A stretch of 32,000 nucleotides of DNA from an uncultured Chloroflexia bacterium (GCA_963704755.1 OY969938.1:4410001-4442000); one strand, 5' to 3'. Numbered from the stretch's first letter, positions 16,286 through 27,352 are shown. The notes: generated by a model from the letters alone, not told the origin. A program made the numbers and translations.

Positions 16286-16912
16286 ATGTTAGTTGATGTT
16301 TTCAACATGGAAGGCCAGAAGATCAAACAGGTTGAACTGCCCGAGATGATCTTTGCAGCCCCAATCAATATGGATTTGATGCACCAGGCATTTGTGCGCC
16401 AGTCAACCAACGCCCGCCTGGGTACGCATGATACCAAGACCCGCAACGAGGTTGCCGGTGGCGGCCGCAAGCCCTGGAAGCAAAAGGGTACCGGCCGGGC
16501 CCGTCAGGGCTCTACCCGGGCCGCGCAGTGGAAGGGCGGTGGCCGTATTCATACGCCGCACCCCGTAGATTATTCCCTGGCGATGCCTCGTAAAATGCGC
16601 CGGGCTGCCCTGCGGTCCGCGCTTTCGGTCAAAGCAGCCGAAGAAGCTATTGTGGTAGTGGACGAGCTGGCCATTACGGAGCCGAAGACCCGTTTGATGT
16701 CGAAGGCCCTGGATAGCCTGGTGGGGGATGCCAGCGCGTTGATTCTGATCCCGAGCAAAGATGAATATGAAAATATCATCCTCTCGAGTGGGAACCTGCC
16801 CGCCACGAAGATCCTTTTGGCCGGTTATATCAACATCCGCGACCTGTTCAAGTTCGACAAAGTGGTTCTTCCGCTGGCGGCGCTGGATGTCCTTCAGGCG
16901 AACCTGGGATAG
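16286..16912 (+). CDS. rplD: 50S ribosomal protein L4
   Basis: 208 aa with GGGRKPWKQKGTGRARQGS, the hallmark of L4. Confidence 0.98.
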   Translation: MLVDVFNMEGQKIKQVELPEMIFAAPINMDLMHQAFVRQSTNARLGTHDTKTRNEVAGGGRKPWKQKGTGRARQGSTRAAQWKGGGRIHTPHPVDYSLAMPRKMRRAALRSALSVKAAEEAIVVVDELAITEPKTRLMSKALDSLVGDASALILIPSKDEYENIILSSGNLPATKILLAGYINIRDLFKFDKVVLPLAALDVLQANLG

Positions 16913-16926
16913 GTAGGAGATCTAAG

Positions 16927-17229
16927 ATGAGTGATATTTATAACGTACTCCGCCGTCCCCTGGTAACCGAAAAAACGAATTATCAGGTAAACCGTCTGCA
17001 CCAATACGTCTTCGAAGTGGCCGGTGATTCGACCAAAACTATGGTCAAAGATGCCGTCGAGTCGCTTTTTGATGTTACCGTTCTACGGGTCAACATCATC
17101 AACGTCCCGGCCAAGCGCACCCGCCGGGCCCGCAGCCGCCGTCTTTTGGTCCGAAACTCGGGCTATAAGAAGGCCGTCGTTACCCTGGCCGCCGAAGACC
17201 GAATTCAAATCTTTGAAGGGGTTGAATAA
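16927..17229 (+). CDS. rplW: 50S ribosomal protein L23
   Basis: 100 aa; [10 protein letters not shown]...YVFEV pattern; position between rplD and rplB. Confidence 0.97.
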   Translation: MSDIYNVLRRPLVTEKTNYQVNRLHQYVFEVAGDSTKTMVKDAVESLFDVTVLRVNIINVPAKRTRRARSRRLLVRNSGYKKAVVTLAAEDRIQIFEGVE

Positions 17230-18065
17230 TGGCGATTAAAGTTTACAAACCAGTAACCCCCGGCCTGCGTGGCATGACCGGTTATGGGTTTGAGGAAATC
17301 ACCAAGACCCGCCCCGAACGCTCGTTGGTCGTCATTCGCCGCAAGCATTCCGGGCGCAACAACCTGGGCAAAATCACCGTACGCCATCAGGGCGGCGGTA
17401 ACCGGCGCTATATCCGCCTGGTCGATTTCAAACGCAACAAGCTGGATATTCCTGCCCGGGTTGGCGCGATCGAATACGATCCCAACCGCACGGCTCGCCT
17501 GGCGTTGTTGGTTTATAACGACGGCGAAAAACGCTACATTCTTGCCCCGGTTGGTTTAAAGGTCGGTGATGTGGTCGTAGCCGGTCCCAATGTAGATATC
17601 CGCCCCGGTAACTGCTTGCCGATCTCGAATATCCCGGTCGGTACCCTGATCCACAATGTGGAAATCCACCAGGGCGGTGGTGGCCAGATGGTCCGCTCCG
17701 CCGGTGCGGCTGCCCAGTTGCTGGCCAAAGAAGGCGACTATGCCCAGATCCGTATGCCCTCGGGTGAAGTTCGTCTGATCCGCCAGGTCTGCTACGCGAC
17801 GGTTGGTCAGGTCGGTAACCTGGAACACAGCAACATTAAATTGGGTAAGGCTGGACGCAAACGCCATATGGGTATTCGCCCGGCAGTGCGTGGCACGGCC
17901 ATGTCACCGCGCGACCATCCGCATGGTGGTGGTGAGGGCCGCCAACCGGCGGGTATGCCTGGTCCAAAGAGCCCGTGGGGTAAGCCCACTCGTGGTTACA
18001 AGACCCGCCGTAATAAGTCGACCGATAAATTTATCGTTCGCCGCCGCAGCCAGTCCAAGCGGTAA
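17229..18065 (+). CDS. rplB: 50S ribosomal protein L2
   Basis: [15 protein letters not shown]...HPHGGGEGR. The ATG overlaps the rplW TAA by 1 nt. Confidence 0.98.
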   Translation: MAIKVYKPVTPGLRGMTGYGFEEITKTRPERSLVVIRRKHSGRNNLGKITVRHQGGGNRRYIRLVDFKRNKLDIPARVGAIEYDPNRTARLALLVYNDGEKRYILAPVGLKVGDVVVAGPNVDIRPGNCLPISNIPVGTLIHNVEIHQGGGGQMVRSAGAAAQLLAKEGDYAQIRMPSGEVRLIRQVCYATVGQVGNLEHSNIKLGKAGRKRHMGIRPAVRGTAMSPRDHPHGGGEGRQPAGMPGPKSPWGKPTRGYKTRRNKSTDKFIVRRRSQSKR

Positions 18066-18112
18066 TTGGCCCAGGTTGACAGGTTGGTAACACCGAGAAA
18101 GAGGACCGAGAT

Positions 18113-18388
18113 ATGTCACGTTCATTGAAAAAGGGGCCGTTCGTAGCTCCAAAACTGCTCACAAAAATCGAAGATATGAACACCCGCGGCGAAAAGAAGG
18201 TCATCCGCACCTGGAGCCGCGCCAGTGTTATTTTCCCCCAGATGGTGGGACACACCATCGCCGTCCATGATGGCCGCCGGCATGTGCCGATTTACATCAC
18301 CGATAACATGGTGGGGCACCGCCTGGGTGAGTTTGCACCCACCCGGCATTTCCGCGGTCACATGGCCGAGAAATCGACGAAAAGGTAA
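18113..18388 (+). CDS. rpsS: 30S ribosomal protein S19
   Basis: [11 protein letters not shown]...[27 protein letters not shown]. Confidence 0.98.
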   Translation: MSRSLKKGPFVAPKLLTKIEDMNTRGEKKVIRTWSRASVIFPQMVGHTIAVHDGRRHVPIYITDNMVGHRLGEFAPTRHFRGHMAEKSTKR

Positions 18389-18394
18389 ATCGCC

Positions 18395-18736
18395 ATGGCT
18401 ACCGATATTCATGCATCTTTACAGAATTGCCCGGTATCAGCCCAAAAGGTGCGCCTGGTGATTAATCTGGTCCGTGGTGATAAAGCCGTCGCGGCGCTGG
18501 ACACCCTGAAATTCATCAATAAAACTGCCGCGCTGCCGGTTCGCAAACTGCTGGCCTCGGCAATCGCAAATGCTGAAGAGAACTTTGGCGTCAACCGGGA
18601 CGATTTGATCATCTATAAAATCACTGCCGATGAAGCCCCTCTGCGGAAATGGCGGCGGTTTGGTGCCCGTGGCCGCTTCAAGCCGATTTTGAAGCGCTCC
18701 TCGCATGTGTCGATTATCCTGCGCGAAAAAGAATAG
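18395..18736 (+). CDS. rplV: 50S ribosomal protein L22
   Basis: 113 aa; SAQKVRLVINLVRG...GPxLKRxxPRA-like tail (RFGARGRFKPILKRSSH). Confidence 0.97.
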   Translation: MATDIHASLQNCPVSAQKVRLVINLVRGDKAVAALDTLKFINKTAALPVRKLLASAIANAEENFGVNRDDLIIYKITADEAPLRKWRRFGARGRFKPILKRSSHVSIILREKE

Positions 18737-18760
18737 AAGAGAAGGATACCAGGAGTAAAT

Positions 18761-19438
18761 ATGGGTCGTAAAGTACATCCGATTGGATTTCGACTGGGCG
18801 TTCATCGACCATGGGAAGGCCGCTGGTACGCTGAGGGCAGTGAATATACCGAACAGCTGCACATGGATTTCAAAATCCGTAACCTGATCTTTGCCGTCAC
18901 CGATAAAGCCGGTGTTTCCAAGGTCGAGATTGAGCGCTTCCCCGGTAAAGTGAAAATCATTGTCAGTACCGCCAAGCCCGGTATTTTAATCGGGCGCAAG
19001 GGTGAGACAGTGAAACGCCTGCGCAGTGATCTGGAAGCATTGACCAAGAAAAAGATCGATCTTGAGATCAAAGAAATTACTGCTCCGGATACCGACGCTT
19101 ACCTGGTCGCACGCAACATTGCGGGCCAGATCGAACGACGTATTGCTTACCGGCGGGCCATGAAACGGGCCCTGCAGCAGGCGATGCGCCAGGGTGCCCT
19201 AGGCATCAAAATCGAAGTTGCCGGTCGCCTGAGCGGCGCAGAAATGGCTCGTAGCGTATGGCTGCGCGAAGGCCGTGTACCGCTGCAGACCTTGCGGGCA
19301 GATATCGACTTTGCCCGGACAGAAGCCCAGACTACTTATGGCCAAATCGGTGTCAAGGTGTGGGTTTATAAAGGTAATATCATGCCCGGTGTTGAAGAGA
19401 AAGCCGAATCAACAGAAGGCGTGTACGTCAGTGAGTAA
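18761..19438 (+). CDS. rpsC: 30S ribosomal protein S3
   Basis: [13 protein letters not shown]...KH-domain GILIGRKGE...[17 protein letters not shown]. Confidence 0.98.
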   Translation: MGRKVHPIGFRLGVHRPWEGRWYAEGSEYTEQLHMDFKIRNLIFAVTDKAGVSKVEIERFPGKVKIIVSTAKPGILIGRKGETVKRLRSDLEALTKKKIDLEIKEITAPDTDAYLVARNIAGQIERRIAYRRAMKRALQQAMRQGALGIKIEVAGRLSGAEMARSVWLREGRVPLQTLRADIDFARTEAQTTYGQIGVKVWVYKGNIMPGVEEKAESTEGVYVSE

Positions 19439-19486
19439 ACCTTGCGCTGGGTTTGTCCCCAGACGTTATAAGAGAGGTTAGCAGCT

Positions 19487-19918
19487 ATGTTGATGCCAAA
19501 ACGTGTGAAATGGCGCAAGCAGCAGCGTGGCCGTATGAAGGGTAAAGCCCTGCGCGGGGCCGAAATGATTTATGGTGAGTTTGGCCTTCAGGCACTGGAA
19601 CCGGGTTGGGTAACTGCCCGCCAGATTGAAGCCGCTCGCCGTGCCCTGGTACGCTCAATGCGCCGTCGTGGAAAGGTCTGGATTCGGATCTTCCCCGACA
19701 AGCCATATACTCAGAAACCGCCCGAAACCCGTATGGGTAAAGGGAAAGGTGGCGTGGAGTACTGGGTTTCGGTTGTGAAACCCGGCCGGATTATGTTTGA
19801 GTTAGGTGGATTGCCGGCGGATATTGCCCTGGAGGCATTACGCCAGGCTTCCTATAAATTCTCGATCAAGACGAAAGTCGTAGCTCGTCATGAGGGCCCA
19901 ACAGGAGAATCGGTATGA
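19487..19918 (+). CDS. rplP: 50S ribosomal protein L16
   Basis: [19 protein letters not shown]...MGKGKG. Confidence 0.98.
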   Translation: MLMPKRVKWRKQQRGRMKGKALRGAEMIYGEFGLQALEPGWVTARQIEAARRALVRSMRRRGKVWIRIFPDKPYTQKPPETRMGKGKGGVEYWVSVVKPGRIMFELGGLPADIALEALRQASYKFSIKTKVVARHEGPTGESV

Positions 19919-20127
19919 ACATCGAACAGATTCGTCTGATGTCCACTGATGAGTTGAATGCCAAGCTGGCGGATTCGCAACACGAATTAATGAATCTGCG
20001 CTTCCAGGTGGTTACCGGACAGCTTACGGATACATCTCGGTTAAAGCAGGTACGCCGCTTGATCGCTCGTTACAAGACAATCCTTCACGAGCGAGAGTTA
20101 TCCAATCCGCAGGAAGGTGGAAAATGA
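19915..20127 (+). CDS. rpmC: 50S ribosomal protein L29
   Basis: 70 aa; [13 protein letters not shown] pattern; 4-nt overlap (ATGA) with rplP. Confidence 0.96.
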   Translation: MNIEQIRLMSTDELNAKLADSQHELMNLRFQVVTGQLTDTSRLKQVRRLIARYKTILHERELSNPQEGGK

Positions 20128-20411
20128 ATACACGGCGACGTTTAACCGGTATCGTTACCAGCAATAAAATGCAAAAGACTGTCGTGGTGAAAATCACCCG
20201 GACTTACCTGCACCCCTTGTATCGCAAGGTTGTGCACGCCAGCCGCACAGTGAAAGCGCACGATTTGCTGGCTTGTGAAATTGGTGACGAGGTCGTCATC
20301 GTCGAAAGTCAACCGATTTCGCGGGGCAAACGCTGGGTCGTCCAGTCTATCCAGAAACGCCTGGGCCAGCCCATGCAAGAATTATCTGCCGAAGAAGGAG
20401 AACAGGCATGA
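20124..20411 (+). CDS. rpsQ: 30S ribosomal protein S17
   Basis: [18 protein letters not shown]...HPLYRK...KAHD; 4-nt overlaps on both sides. Acidic C-terminal extension. Confidence 0.97.
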   Translation: MNTRRRLTGIVTSNKMQKTVVVKITRTYLHPLYRKVVHASRTVKAHDLLACEIGDEVVIVESQPISRGKRWVVQSIQKRLGQPMQELSAEEGEQA

Positions 20412-20779
20412 TCCAGCACGAAACACGCCTAAAGGTTGCAGATAATACTGGAGCGCGTGAGCTTTTGGTCATCCATGTCACAGGCGGCTCCACTCGCAAA
20501 TACGGGCATGTCGGTGATATCGTGGTTGCCACAGTGAAATCGGCCACTCCCCAGGGCTCTGTCAAGAAAAGCGATGTTGTCAAGGCTGTCATCGTGCGCT
20601 GCGCGAAAGAGTGGCGCCGCGAGGACGGTTCGACCATCCGCTTCGATGACAACGCTGCCGTCATCCTGGATACTGATGGCCAGAACCCCAAGGGAACCCG
20701 TATTTTTGGCCCGGTAGCACGCGAGCTTCGTGAAAAAGGCTTTATGAAGATCGTTTCTCTGGCCCCGGAAGTGATCTAG
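20408..20779 (+). CDS. rplN: 50S ribosomal protein L14
   Basis: [18 protein letters not shown]...[10 protein letters not shown]...[13 protein letters not shown]. Confidence 0.98.
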   Translation: MIQHETRLKVADNTGARELLVIHVTGGSTRKYGHVGDIVVATVKSATPQGSVKKSDVVKAVIVRCAKEWRREDGSTIRFDDNAAVILDTDGQNPKGTRIFGPVARELREKGFMKIVSLAPEVI

Positions 20780-20802
20780 GACAGGGATGTAGGAGCGAAG
20801 CC

Positions 20803-21138
20803 ATGAATTTAAGAATTCACAAGGGTGATACGGTTGAAGTGATCAGTGGGCGCCTGGAAGATAAAGGCAGACGCGGCGAAGTCATCAAAGTATTACCCAA
20901 AGAAATGAATGTTGTCATCCAGGGCATTAACCTGCGCACCAAACACCAGCGCCAGGTTCAGTCTCAGGGCCGTTCCATTTCTCCGGGAAAAGTACGGTTT
21001 GAGTCGGCTATCGACGTTTCTAACGTCATGTTAGTCTGCCCCAAATGTGGCAAACTTACCCGCATTCAAATCTCCCGCACAGAAGAAGGCCGGTCAATGC
21101 GGGTTTGCAAAAAATGTGCCGCCAACATTGACGAATGA
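20803..21138 (+). CDS. rplX: 50S ribosomal protein L24 (form with a C-terminal CxxC...CxxC zinc ribbon)
   Basis: [10 protein letters not shown] (KOW motif). C-terminus [33 protein letters not shown], as in Thermus-type L24. Confidence 0.97.
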   Translation: MNLRIHKGDTVEVISGRLEDKGRRGEVIKVLPKEMNVVIQGINLRTKHQRQVQSQGRSISPGKVRFESAIDVSNVMLVCPKCGKLTRIQISRTEEGRSMRVCKKCAANIDE

Positions 21139-21157
21139 GCCATTGCGGAGCGTGGAT

Positions 21158-21700
21158 ATGAATATAATGAAAGAAAAGTATCAAAACGAGGTGATGCCGG
21201 CTCTTTCCGAGAGCCTGGGTCTGACGAACATCATGCAGATCCCACGCATCACCAAGGTCGTTGTCAACATTGGCCTCGGCGAAGCGCTTGATAATGGCAA
21301 AGCAATCGATGCTGCCAGCAGCGACCTGGGATTGATTACCGGACAAAAACCGGTCATCACCAAGGCGCGCAAAAGTATCGCTAACTTCAAGCTGCGAGAA
21401 GGTCGTGCGATCGGCACCATGGTCACCCTGCGCGGGGACAAGATGTGGGCATTTCTCGACCGGTTAATGAATATTGTTTTACCGCGCGTACGCGATTTTC
21501 GGGGAGTTTCTGTTGAAGCCTTCGACGGTCGGGGAAATTACACCCTGGGCCTGCGGGAACAGATCATCTTTCCTGAGATTGAATATGACAAAGTGGACAA
21601 AGTCCGCGGTATGGAAATTACCATCGTAACCACGGCGCCGACGGATGATCAGGCTGCACAGCTTTTGCAGCTTCTTGGTATGCCATTCAGGAAGGACTAG
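21158..21700 (+). CDS. rplE: 50S ribosomal protein L5
   Basis: The ORF-track frame opens at 21047 inside rplX. ATG 21158 sits 7 nt after GGAG and gives [16 protein letters not shown]...NIGLGEA...FRGVS...[16 protein letters not shown]. Confidence 0.96.
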   Translation: MNIMKEKYQNEVMPALSESLGLTNIMQIPRITKVVVNIGLGEALDNGKAIDAASSDLGLITGQKPVITKARKSIANFKLREGRAIGTMVTLRGDKMWAFLDRLMNIVLPRVRDFRGVSVEAFDGRGNYTLGLREQIIFPEIEYDKVDKVRGMEITIVTTAPTDDQAAQLLQLLGMPFRKD

Positions 21701-21701
21701 T

Positions 21702-21884
21702 ATGGCCAAGAAAAGCATGATTAATCGTGAGACACACCGCAAATATTCCGTTCAAGTACGCAATCGCTGCCGCCTGTGCGGCCGCCCGCGTGGATATATG
21801 CGACGTTTTGGTCTTTGCCGAATTTGCTTCCGGGAGCTCGCTCTGCAAGGGAAGATCCCCGGCGTAACAAAGTCATCCTGGTAG
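21702..21884 (+). CDS. rpsN: 30S ribosomal protein S14, type Z (zinc-binding, 60 aa)
   Basis: [60 protein letters not shown]. Two CxxC pairs. The ATG is 1 nt after the rplE stop. Confidence 0.97.
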   Translation: MAKKSMINRETHRKYSVQVRNRCRLCGRPRGYMRRFGLCRICFRELALQGKIPGVTKSSW

Positions 21885-21903
21885 CGCCAGGCCGGAGGTA
21901 GGC

Positions 21904-22317
21904 ATGAGTGTAAATGATCCTATAGCTGATATGTTGACCCGCATTCGCAACGCGATGATCAATGGCCAAGCAGTTGTGGCCATGCCCAGTTCTACGATCA
22001 AGGCAGAAATTGCCCGGATCTTAAAAGAAGAAGGGTTCATCGACAGTTTCGAAATTGTCAACGGAGAAAAGTCGTTCGAGCGCGTCCTGCGTGTCAAGAT
22101 GAAGTACGTGGGTGAACGCCGACAGCGCCGCCCGGTCATCACCGGACTGCAGCGTGTCAGCCGCCCCGGACGCCGGGTTTATACCCGCAAAGTCGATATT
22201 CCCTGGGTGCTTTCAGGATTGGGTGTTGCCATCCTTTCCACGCCCAAGGGCGTCATGACCGGCCAACGGGCCCGCCAGTTGAATGTTGGCGGTGAGCTCC
22301 TTTGCAAGGTCTGGTAA
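21904..22317 (+). CDS. rpsH: 30S ribosomal protein S8
   Basis: MSVNDPIADMLTRIRNA...; SD GGAGG. Confidence 0.98.
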   Translation: MSVNDPIADMLTRIRNAMINGQAVVAMPSSTIKAEIARILKEEGFIDSFEIVNGEKSFERVLRVKMKYVGERRQRRPVITGLQRVSRPGRRVYTRKVDIPWVLSGLGVAILSTPKGVMTGQRARQLNVGGELLCKVW

Positions 22318-22344
22318 CCCGGAAGGCGAAAAGGAGGTAATGTC

Positions 22345-22896
22345 GTGTCTCGAATAGGTCGCTTACCGGTGATCGTTCCTGCAACCGTGAAGGTGGACGT
22401 TGACGGAGCATCCGTACACGTCAAAGGCCCTAAAGGTGAGATGCAGCGCGAATTTTCCCCATTGATTTCCATTGGTTTGGAAAATGGGCAGGTTCTCGTC
22501 AAACGCGACTCGGAAGAAGCTTTCGTCCGCGCCCTGCATGGAATGACCCGCGCATTAATTCAAAATATGGTAACTGGTGTCAGCGAAGGGTTCACCAAAG
22601 TGCTGGAAATCGATGGTGTGGGCTACCGCGCCGAGATGGATGGCCAGAACCTAAAACTGTTCGTCGGGTATTCCCACCCCGTTATCGTCGAACCGTTGGA
22701 AGGCATCTCTTTCGATGTCGATACCAAGGTCCGCCAGGTAAAAGTAATGGGCTACAACCGCGAAACCGTCGGGCAGGTCGCTGCTGATATACGTAAAATT
22801 CGTCCCCCCGAACCGTATCACGGGAAAGGGATTCACTATCTGGGTGAAAAGATCCGCCGCAAAGCCGGTAAAGCCGGCAAAGGCGCCAAGAAATAG
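22345..22896 (+). CDS. rplF: 50S ribosomal protein L6
   Basis: MSRIGRLPV...GVGYRA...GYSHP...EPYHGKGI. GTG start after SD GGAGG. Confidence 0.97.
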   Translation: MSRIGRLPVIVPATVKVDVDGASVHVKGPKGEMQREFSPLISIGLENGQVLVKRDSEEAFVRALHGMTRALIQNMVTGVSEGFTKVLEIDGVGYRAEMDGQNLKLFVGYSHPVIVEPLEGISFDVDTKVRQVKVMGYNRETVGQVAADIRKIRPPEPYHGKGIHYLGEKIRRKAGKAGKGAKK

Positions 22897-22906
22897 GTGA
22901 GTGCTC

Positions 22907-23272
22907 ATGGCTAAGACAAGTCGTTCTGATGCAAGAATCCGCCGGCATAACCGCGTGCGCAAGTTCATTTCGGGCAGCGCACAGCGGCCACGCCTGGCTG
23001 TCTTCCGTAGCCTGGCCGAGGTCTATGCTCAGGTAATTGATGATGAAGCCGGGCACACCCTGGCCGCTGCCTCTACAGTGGATACCGAACTGCGGTCGAA
23101 ACTGGAAGGCAAGACCAAGACCGAGCAGGCTCGCCTGGTTGGTGAACTGGTGGCAAAACGGGCCAAAGAAAAAGGCATTACTCAGGTCGTCTTCGACCGG
23201 GGTGGTTTCCGCTATATCGGCCGGGTAAAAGCTTTGGCCGATGGTGCCCGCGAGTTTGGCCTGGAATTCTAG
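22907..23272 (+). CDS. rplR: 50S ribosomal protein L18
   Basis: [35 protein letters not shown]...[23 protein letters not shown] 22907 sits 6 nt after AGGTGA; the track start 22901 is the upstream in-frame GTG. Confidence 0.96.
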   Translation: MAKTSRSDARIRRHNRVRKFISGSAQRPRLAVFRSLAEVYAQVIDDEAGHTLAAASTVDTELRSKLEGKTKTEQARLVGELVAKRAKEKGITQVVFDRGGFRYIGRVKALADGAREFGLEF

Positions 23273-23304
23273 GCTGATAATGAGCAATAATTGAGGGCCT
23301 GACT

Positions 23305-23835
23305 ATGGAAATGACCGAATTTACACCTGTAGAAAAACAATATGACGAGCGTGTGATCGAAATTGCGCGTGTAGCCAAAGTGGTAAAAGGTGGACGCCGT
23401 TTTCAATTCCGTGTGACGATCGTTGCCGGCGATAACAATGGCAACGTTGGCCTGGGAATTGGTAAAGCGAACGCCGTACCGGATGCCATGCGCAAAGCGA
23501 CCGAACGCGCTCATAAAACCATGCGGCCAATCGCCACAATCGGCACCACCATCCCTCATGAGGTCGTGGGTCGTACCGGCGGTGCACGTGTGCTGCTCAA
23601 ACCGGCTTCGGCCGGTACCGGTGTCATTGCGGCCGGTGGTGTGCGTGCAGTTTTGGAAGCAGCCGGATTACACGATATCTTGACCAAATCGATGGGCAGC
23701 GCCAATGTGTTGAACGTGGTTAAGGCCACCTTCGACGCGCTGAGCCAGCTAAGATCCCCTGAGGAAGAAGCTGCGATGCGCGGTAAACCAGTCAAGGACT
23801 TACTGCCCTTCTGGGAGCGGAGGAAGAATGCCTGA
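23305..23835 (+). CDS. rpsE: 30S ribosomal protein S5
   Basis: [16 protein letters not shown]...GLGIGKA...[12 protein letters not shown]. Confidence 0.98.
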   Translation: MEMTEFTPVEKQYDERVIEIARVAKVVKGGRRFQFRVTIVAGDNNGNVGLGIGKANAVPDAMRKATERAHKTMRPIATIGTTIPHEVVGRTGGARVLLKPASAGTGVIAAGGVRAVLEAAGLHDILTKSMGSANVLNVVKATFDALSQLRSPEEEAAMRGKPVKDLLPFWERRKNA

Positions 23836-24037
23836 GGTAAAAGAGAACCCCAAGATGCTGCGCATCACGTTGGTCCGAAGCGCCATCGGTTACTCCGAAA
23901 AGCATAAGGCAACCGTACGTGCGCTTGGTTTTCATCGTTTGCACGAGACCGTTGTGCAGGAAGATAACTCCACCATCCGGGGGATGCTGCGCAAGGTCAA
24001 TCACCTGGTTTTAATTGAAGAGCAGGTAGAACAATGA
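23828..24037 (+). CDS. rpmD: 50S ribosomal protein L30
   Basis: 69 aa; [25 protein letters not shown]; 8-nt overlap with rpsE. Confidence 0.96.
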   Translation: MPEVKENPKMLRITLVRSAIGYSEKHKATVRALGFHRLHETVVQEDNSTIRGMLRKVNHLVLIEEQVEQ

Positions 24038-24489
24038 AATTGAACGATCTTATCCCCAATGAGGGCGCCAGAAAAGACCGGAAACGGCTGGGCCGGGGTA
24101 TTTCGGCTGGACAGGGTAAAACCAGCGGCCGCGGTACCAAAGGCCAGGGGTCCCGCTCTGGGCAGGGAGGGCATGTGTACCACCAGGGTGGCAACCTGCC
24201 TTTCTACCGCCACTTGCCGTTCATGCGTGGTGAAGGTTTCACCCCACCAAATCAGGTGGAATACAACGAAGTCAACCTGAGCCAGCTCGCGGAAAAGTTC
24301 GAAGCCAACAATGAAGTATCACCAGAATCTTTGGCGGCCAAGAATATGCTTCACAAACCCACCAATCCGGTTGTAGTATTGGGCCGGGGTGAAATCTCGG
24401 TCCCTCTTACCGTTCGGGTCCAGCGCATTAGCAAGAGCGCCCAAGAGAAAATCGAGACCGCGGGTGGCAAGGTTGAGATCATCGCTTGA
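24034..24489 (+). CDS. rplO: 50S ribosomal protein L15
   Basis: MKLNDL...RLGRGISAGQGKTSGRGTKGQ. Confidence 0.97.
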   Translation: MKLNDLIPNEGARKDRKRLGRGISAGQGKTSGRGTKGQGSRSGQGGHVYHQGGNLPFYRHLPFMRGEGFTPPNQVEYNEVNLSQLAEKFEANNEVSPESLAAKNMLHKPTNPVVVLGRGEISVPLTVRVQRISKSAQEKIETAGGKVEIIA

Positions 24490-24514
24490 TGATTAACAAA
24501 AAGGAGACCCTCCC

Positions 24515-25867
24515 ATGAAGCGATCAGCATGGCGCTATCTTTGGAAGTCGGAAGACATCCGTAAAAAAATACTGATCACAATAATGCTGCTGATCCTTTA
24601 TCGTTTGATTGCCAACATTCCAGCACCTGGAGTGCGGCGTGATGTGATTGCCAGCATCGTTGCTACGCCTGGGGCAACCGGCAACCTGATTGGGCTGTTC
24701 GATATGCTTTCAGGTGGGACGATCTCGAAGTTCTCCATTCTGGCTATGGGGGTGTACCCCTATATTACAGCGCAGATTATTCTGCAACTGTTGGTGCCAA
24801 TCATCCCGGCGCTGGAACGACGCATGAAAGAGAACCCGCGCGAGGGTCAGAAGTGGATGGAGAAGTGGACGATTATCCTGACCGTGCCAATGGGTTTGCT
24901 TTCGGCGGTTGGCCAGATCAACATTTTCAGGACGCTGGCTACTCAAAGTGGCCAGTCGATTCTGACGTACAACTACGGCTTTTCGGCGGGTAACGTCTTG
25001 CCCACGTTGACCACGCTGATCAGCATGATGGGCGGTACGATGTTGGGTATCTGGCTGGGACAGCTCATCTCCGAGTATGGTATTCCGAACCAGGGTTTGT
25101 CGCTGATCATTTTCGCCGGAATCGTTGCCAACATTCCATCTAACCTGGTCCGATTGTGGAGCGACCGCCAGAACGCTGTCTGGATGACGGTCGTCATCCT
25201 GGTGCTGTTGGTGCTGATCATCTTTGCCATTGTGTTTGTCCAACAAGGCAGGCGAAACGTGCCGGTCTTGTTCCCAGGCAGGCGCGTGGGTAATCGAATG
25301 TCGATGCCTGTGCGCAGCAACCTGCCTTTAATGGTCAACATGGCCGGCATGATCCCACTGATTTTTGCCCAATCCATCTTGCTTTTCCCGGCAATTGTAG
25401 CCAGTTATTTTGTTAGTTCGGCTACACCCTGGGTGAGCAGCCTGGCCAACGGCATATCGGTGGTCTTCGGTGGCAGCAGCCAATGGTATTCGCTCATGTA
25501 TTTCCTGATGGTGGTCTTGTTCACCTTCTTCTATACGGACGTATTATTTGCCCAACAGAACTATGGTGATACCCTCAAGCGCCAGGGCGCTCAAATCCCC
25601 GGCGTATTGCGCGGACCGGCCACTCAAAAATACCTTACCAAAGTGCAACGGCGCATCACATTCCCTGGGGCTTTGTTCCTCGGTGTTGTGGCAGTGCTGC
25701 CTTACATCCTCAAAGCTTTCTTGCCATCCACTTCGCAAAGTTCTGGTCTGTTGTTGATCTCCGCGGCTGGCTTACTGATCGTAGTAGGCGTGGTCCGGGA
25801 CACTTTCACGATCATCGAAACCGAACTGAAGCTGCACGGCTATGAAGAAAGCCTCATCAAAGGGTAG
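24515..25867 (+). CDS. secY: Preprotein translocase subunit SecY
   Basis: 450 aa with 10 hydrophobic segments; ALGIMPYI-like motif (AMGVYPYITAQIILQLL); conserved position after rplO. SD AAGGAG. Confidence 0.98.
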   Translation: MKRSAWRYLWKSEDIRKKILITIMLLILYRLIANIPAPGVRRDVIASIVATPGATGNLIGLFDMLSGGTISKFSILAMGVYPYITAQIILQLLVPIIPALERRMKENPREGQKWMEKWTIILTVPMGLLSAVGQINIFRTLATQSGQSILTYNYGFSAGNVLPTLTTLISMMGGTMLGIWLGQLISEYGIPNQGLSLIIFAGIVANIPSNLVRLWSDRQNAVWMTVVILVLLVLIIFAIVFVQQGRRNVPVLFPGRRVGNRMSMPVRSNLPLMVNMAGMIPLIFAQSILLFPAIVASYFVSSATPWVSSLANGISVVFGGSSQWYSLMYFLMVVLFTFFYTDVLFAQQNYGDTLKRQGAQIPGVLRGPATQKYLTKVQRRITFPGALFLGVVAVLPYILKAFLPSTSQSSGLLLISAAGLLIVVGVVRDTFTIIETELKLHGYEESLIKG

Positions 25868-25871
25868 TGAA

Positions 25872-26519
25872 ATGGGTAAATTCATCGTTTTGTTAGGACC
25901 TCCCGGTGCAGGCAAAGGCACTCAGGCCGAAGTATTGGCCGAAAAGACCGGCCTGGCGCACATTTCCTCGGGCGACATTTTTCGTGAGAACTTGAAAGCC
26001 CAAACTGAACTCGGAAAAATGGCCCAGGGTTATATGAACCGGGGCGAGTTGGTCCCTGACGATGTGACTATCGCAATGATCCGCGATCGCTTAAGCCGTG
26101 AGGACTGCGCAAACGGAGCCATCCTGGATGGCTTCCCACGCACCCCGGCACAGGCCGAAGCATTGAGCAAAATGTTGGCCGACCTGGATGGGAAAGTAGT
26201 CAGCGTACCGTACATTTCTGTCCCTGCCAAGGTGTTGATCGAACGGCTGAGCGGCCGTTGGACCTGCCGCGCGCAAGGGCACGTGTACCACTCGCTGTAC
26301 AATCCGCCCAAGGCAGACGGCGTTTGCGACCTGGATGGTTCTGAACTATACCAGCGCGAAGACGACCAGCCGGCTACAGTCGAGCGGCGAATCAATGTGT
26401 ATATGGAACAGACTTCTCCGTTAATCGCACATTATCAAAAAGGCGGGCTGCTGGTCGAAGTTGACGGCACCCAGCCGATTGATAAAGTCACCGAGGACCT
26501 GTTTTCAGCAATAAAGTGA
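25872..26519 (+). CDS. adk: Adenylate kinase
   Basis: MGKFIVLLGPPGAGKGTQA (P-loop)...ILDGFPRT...LID segment CRAQGHVYH...CDLDGSELYQREDD. The track frame opens at 25842 inside secY; ATG 25872 is chosen. Confidence 0.96.
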   Translation: MGKFIVLLGPPGAGKGTQAEVLAEKTGLAHISSGDIFRENLKAQTELGKMAQGYMNRGELVPDDVTIAMIRDRLSREDCANGAILDGFPRTPAQAEALSKMLADLDGKVVSVPYISVPAKVLIERLSGRWTCRAQGHVYHSLYNPPKADGVCDLDGSELYQREDDQPATVERRINVYMEQTSPLIAHYQKGGLLVEVDGTQPIDKVTEDLFSAIK

Positions 26520-26529
26520 AAGAGAAAGA

Positions 26530-27345
26530 ATGATGATGTCCTGGGAACGACAGATCACGATTAAGTCAAAGCAAGAGCTGGAGATCATGCGTTTAGCCGG
26601 CATAATCAATGCGGAAGCATTGGCGGCTGCGCGCGATATCGCCAGGCCCGGCGCAACGACTGCGGATCTGAATGCGGCTGCGGAGGAAGTTTTGAAGAAG
26701 CATGGCGTTTATTCGCCCTTCAAGAACTATCCCGGACCGTATCCGTACCCGGCCAGCACGACCGTAAGCATCAACGAAGAGTTGGTACACGGCATTCCTT
26801 CACCTAAGCGTAAGCTCAAGGAAGGGGATATCGTTTCGATCGATTGCGGTGCGGTGTACGAAGGTTTCGTAGCCGATTCAGCAATCACCGTTCCGGTTGG
26901 GGAAGTTTCGGCGCAGGTCGAAAAACTGCTCGAAATCACCGAAAAATCCCTGTTCGTGGGGATCGAAAAGATGATTGTCGGAAACCGGATTGGAGATGTT
27001 TCAGCGGCGGTCCAGCAGTTCGTGGAAAGCAACGGGTTGCAAGTTACACGCGAGTACACCGGACACGGGGTCGGCCGCCAGATGCATGAAGGTCCACAAG
27101 TGCCTAACTACGGTACGGCGGGTCATGGGATGGCCTTGCGCCCAGGGATGACGATTGCCCTGGAGCCAATGGTGCTGATCAAATCACCTGCCACACGCGT
27201 GTTGGCCGATCAATGGACTGTCGTTTCCAGAGATGGCTTACCGACGGCGCACTACGAGCATTCGGTTGCTATTACGGAAGATGGCCCGCGAATCTTGACA
27301 TTGTTGGAAGACGGCAGAAGCCCTGGACGAATCCAGCAAGCTTGA
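26530..27345 (+). CDS. map: Type I methionine aminopeptidase
   Basis: Metal ligands in canonical order (SIDCG...ADSA, GHGVG, ALEPM, HYEHSV). Start is ATG 26530 or one of the next two ATGs. Confidence 0.96.
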   Translation: MMMSWERQITIKSKQELEIMRLAGIINAEALAAARDIARPGATTADLNAAAEEVLKKHGVYSPFKNYPGPYPYPASTTVSINEELVHGIPSPKRKLKEGDIVSIDCGAVYEGFVADSAITVPVGEVSAQVEKLLEITEKSLFVGIEKMIVGNRIGDVSAAVQQFVESNGLQVTREYTGHGVGRQMHEGPQVPNYGTAGHGMALRPGMTIALEPMVLIKSPATRVLADQWTVVSRDGLPTAHYEHSVAITEDGPRILTLLEDGRSPGRIQQA

Positions 27346-27352
27346 GTATAAT
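27324..27352 (+). promoter_or_regulatory. Candidate internal promoter for the alpha cluster: TGGACG, 17 nt spacer, TATAAT
   Basis: Perfect -10 at 27347-27352, immediately after the map stop. -35 TGGACG (4/6 match) at 27324-27329, inside the map 3' end. Confidence 0.35.
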
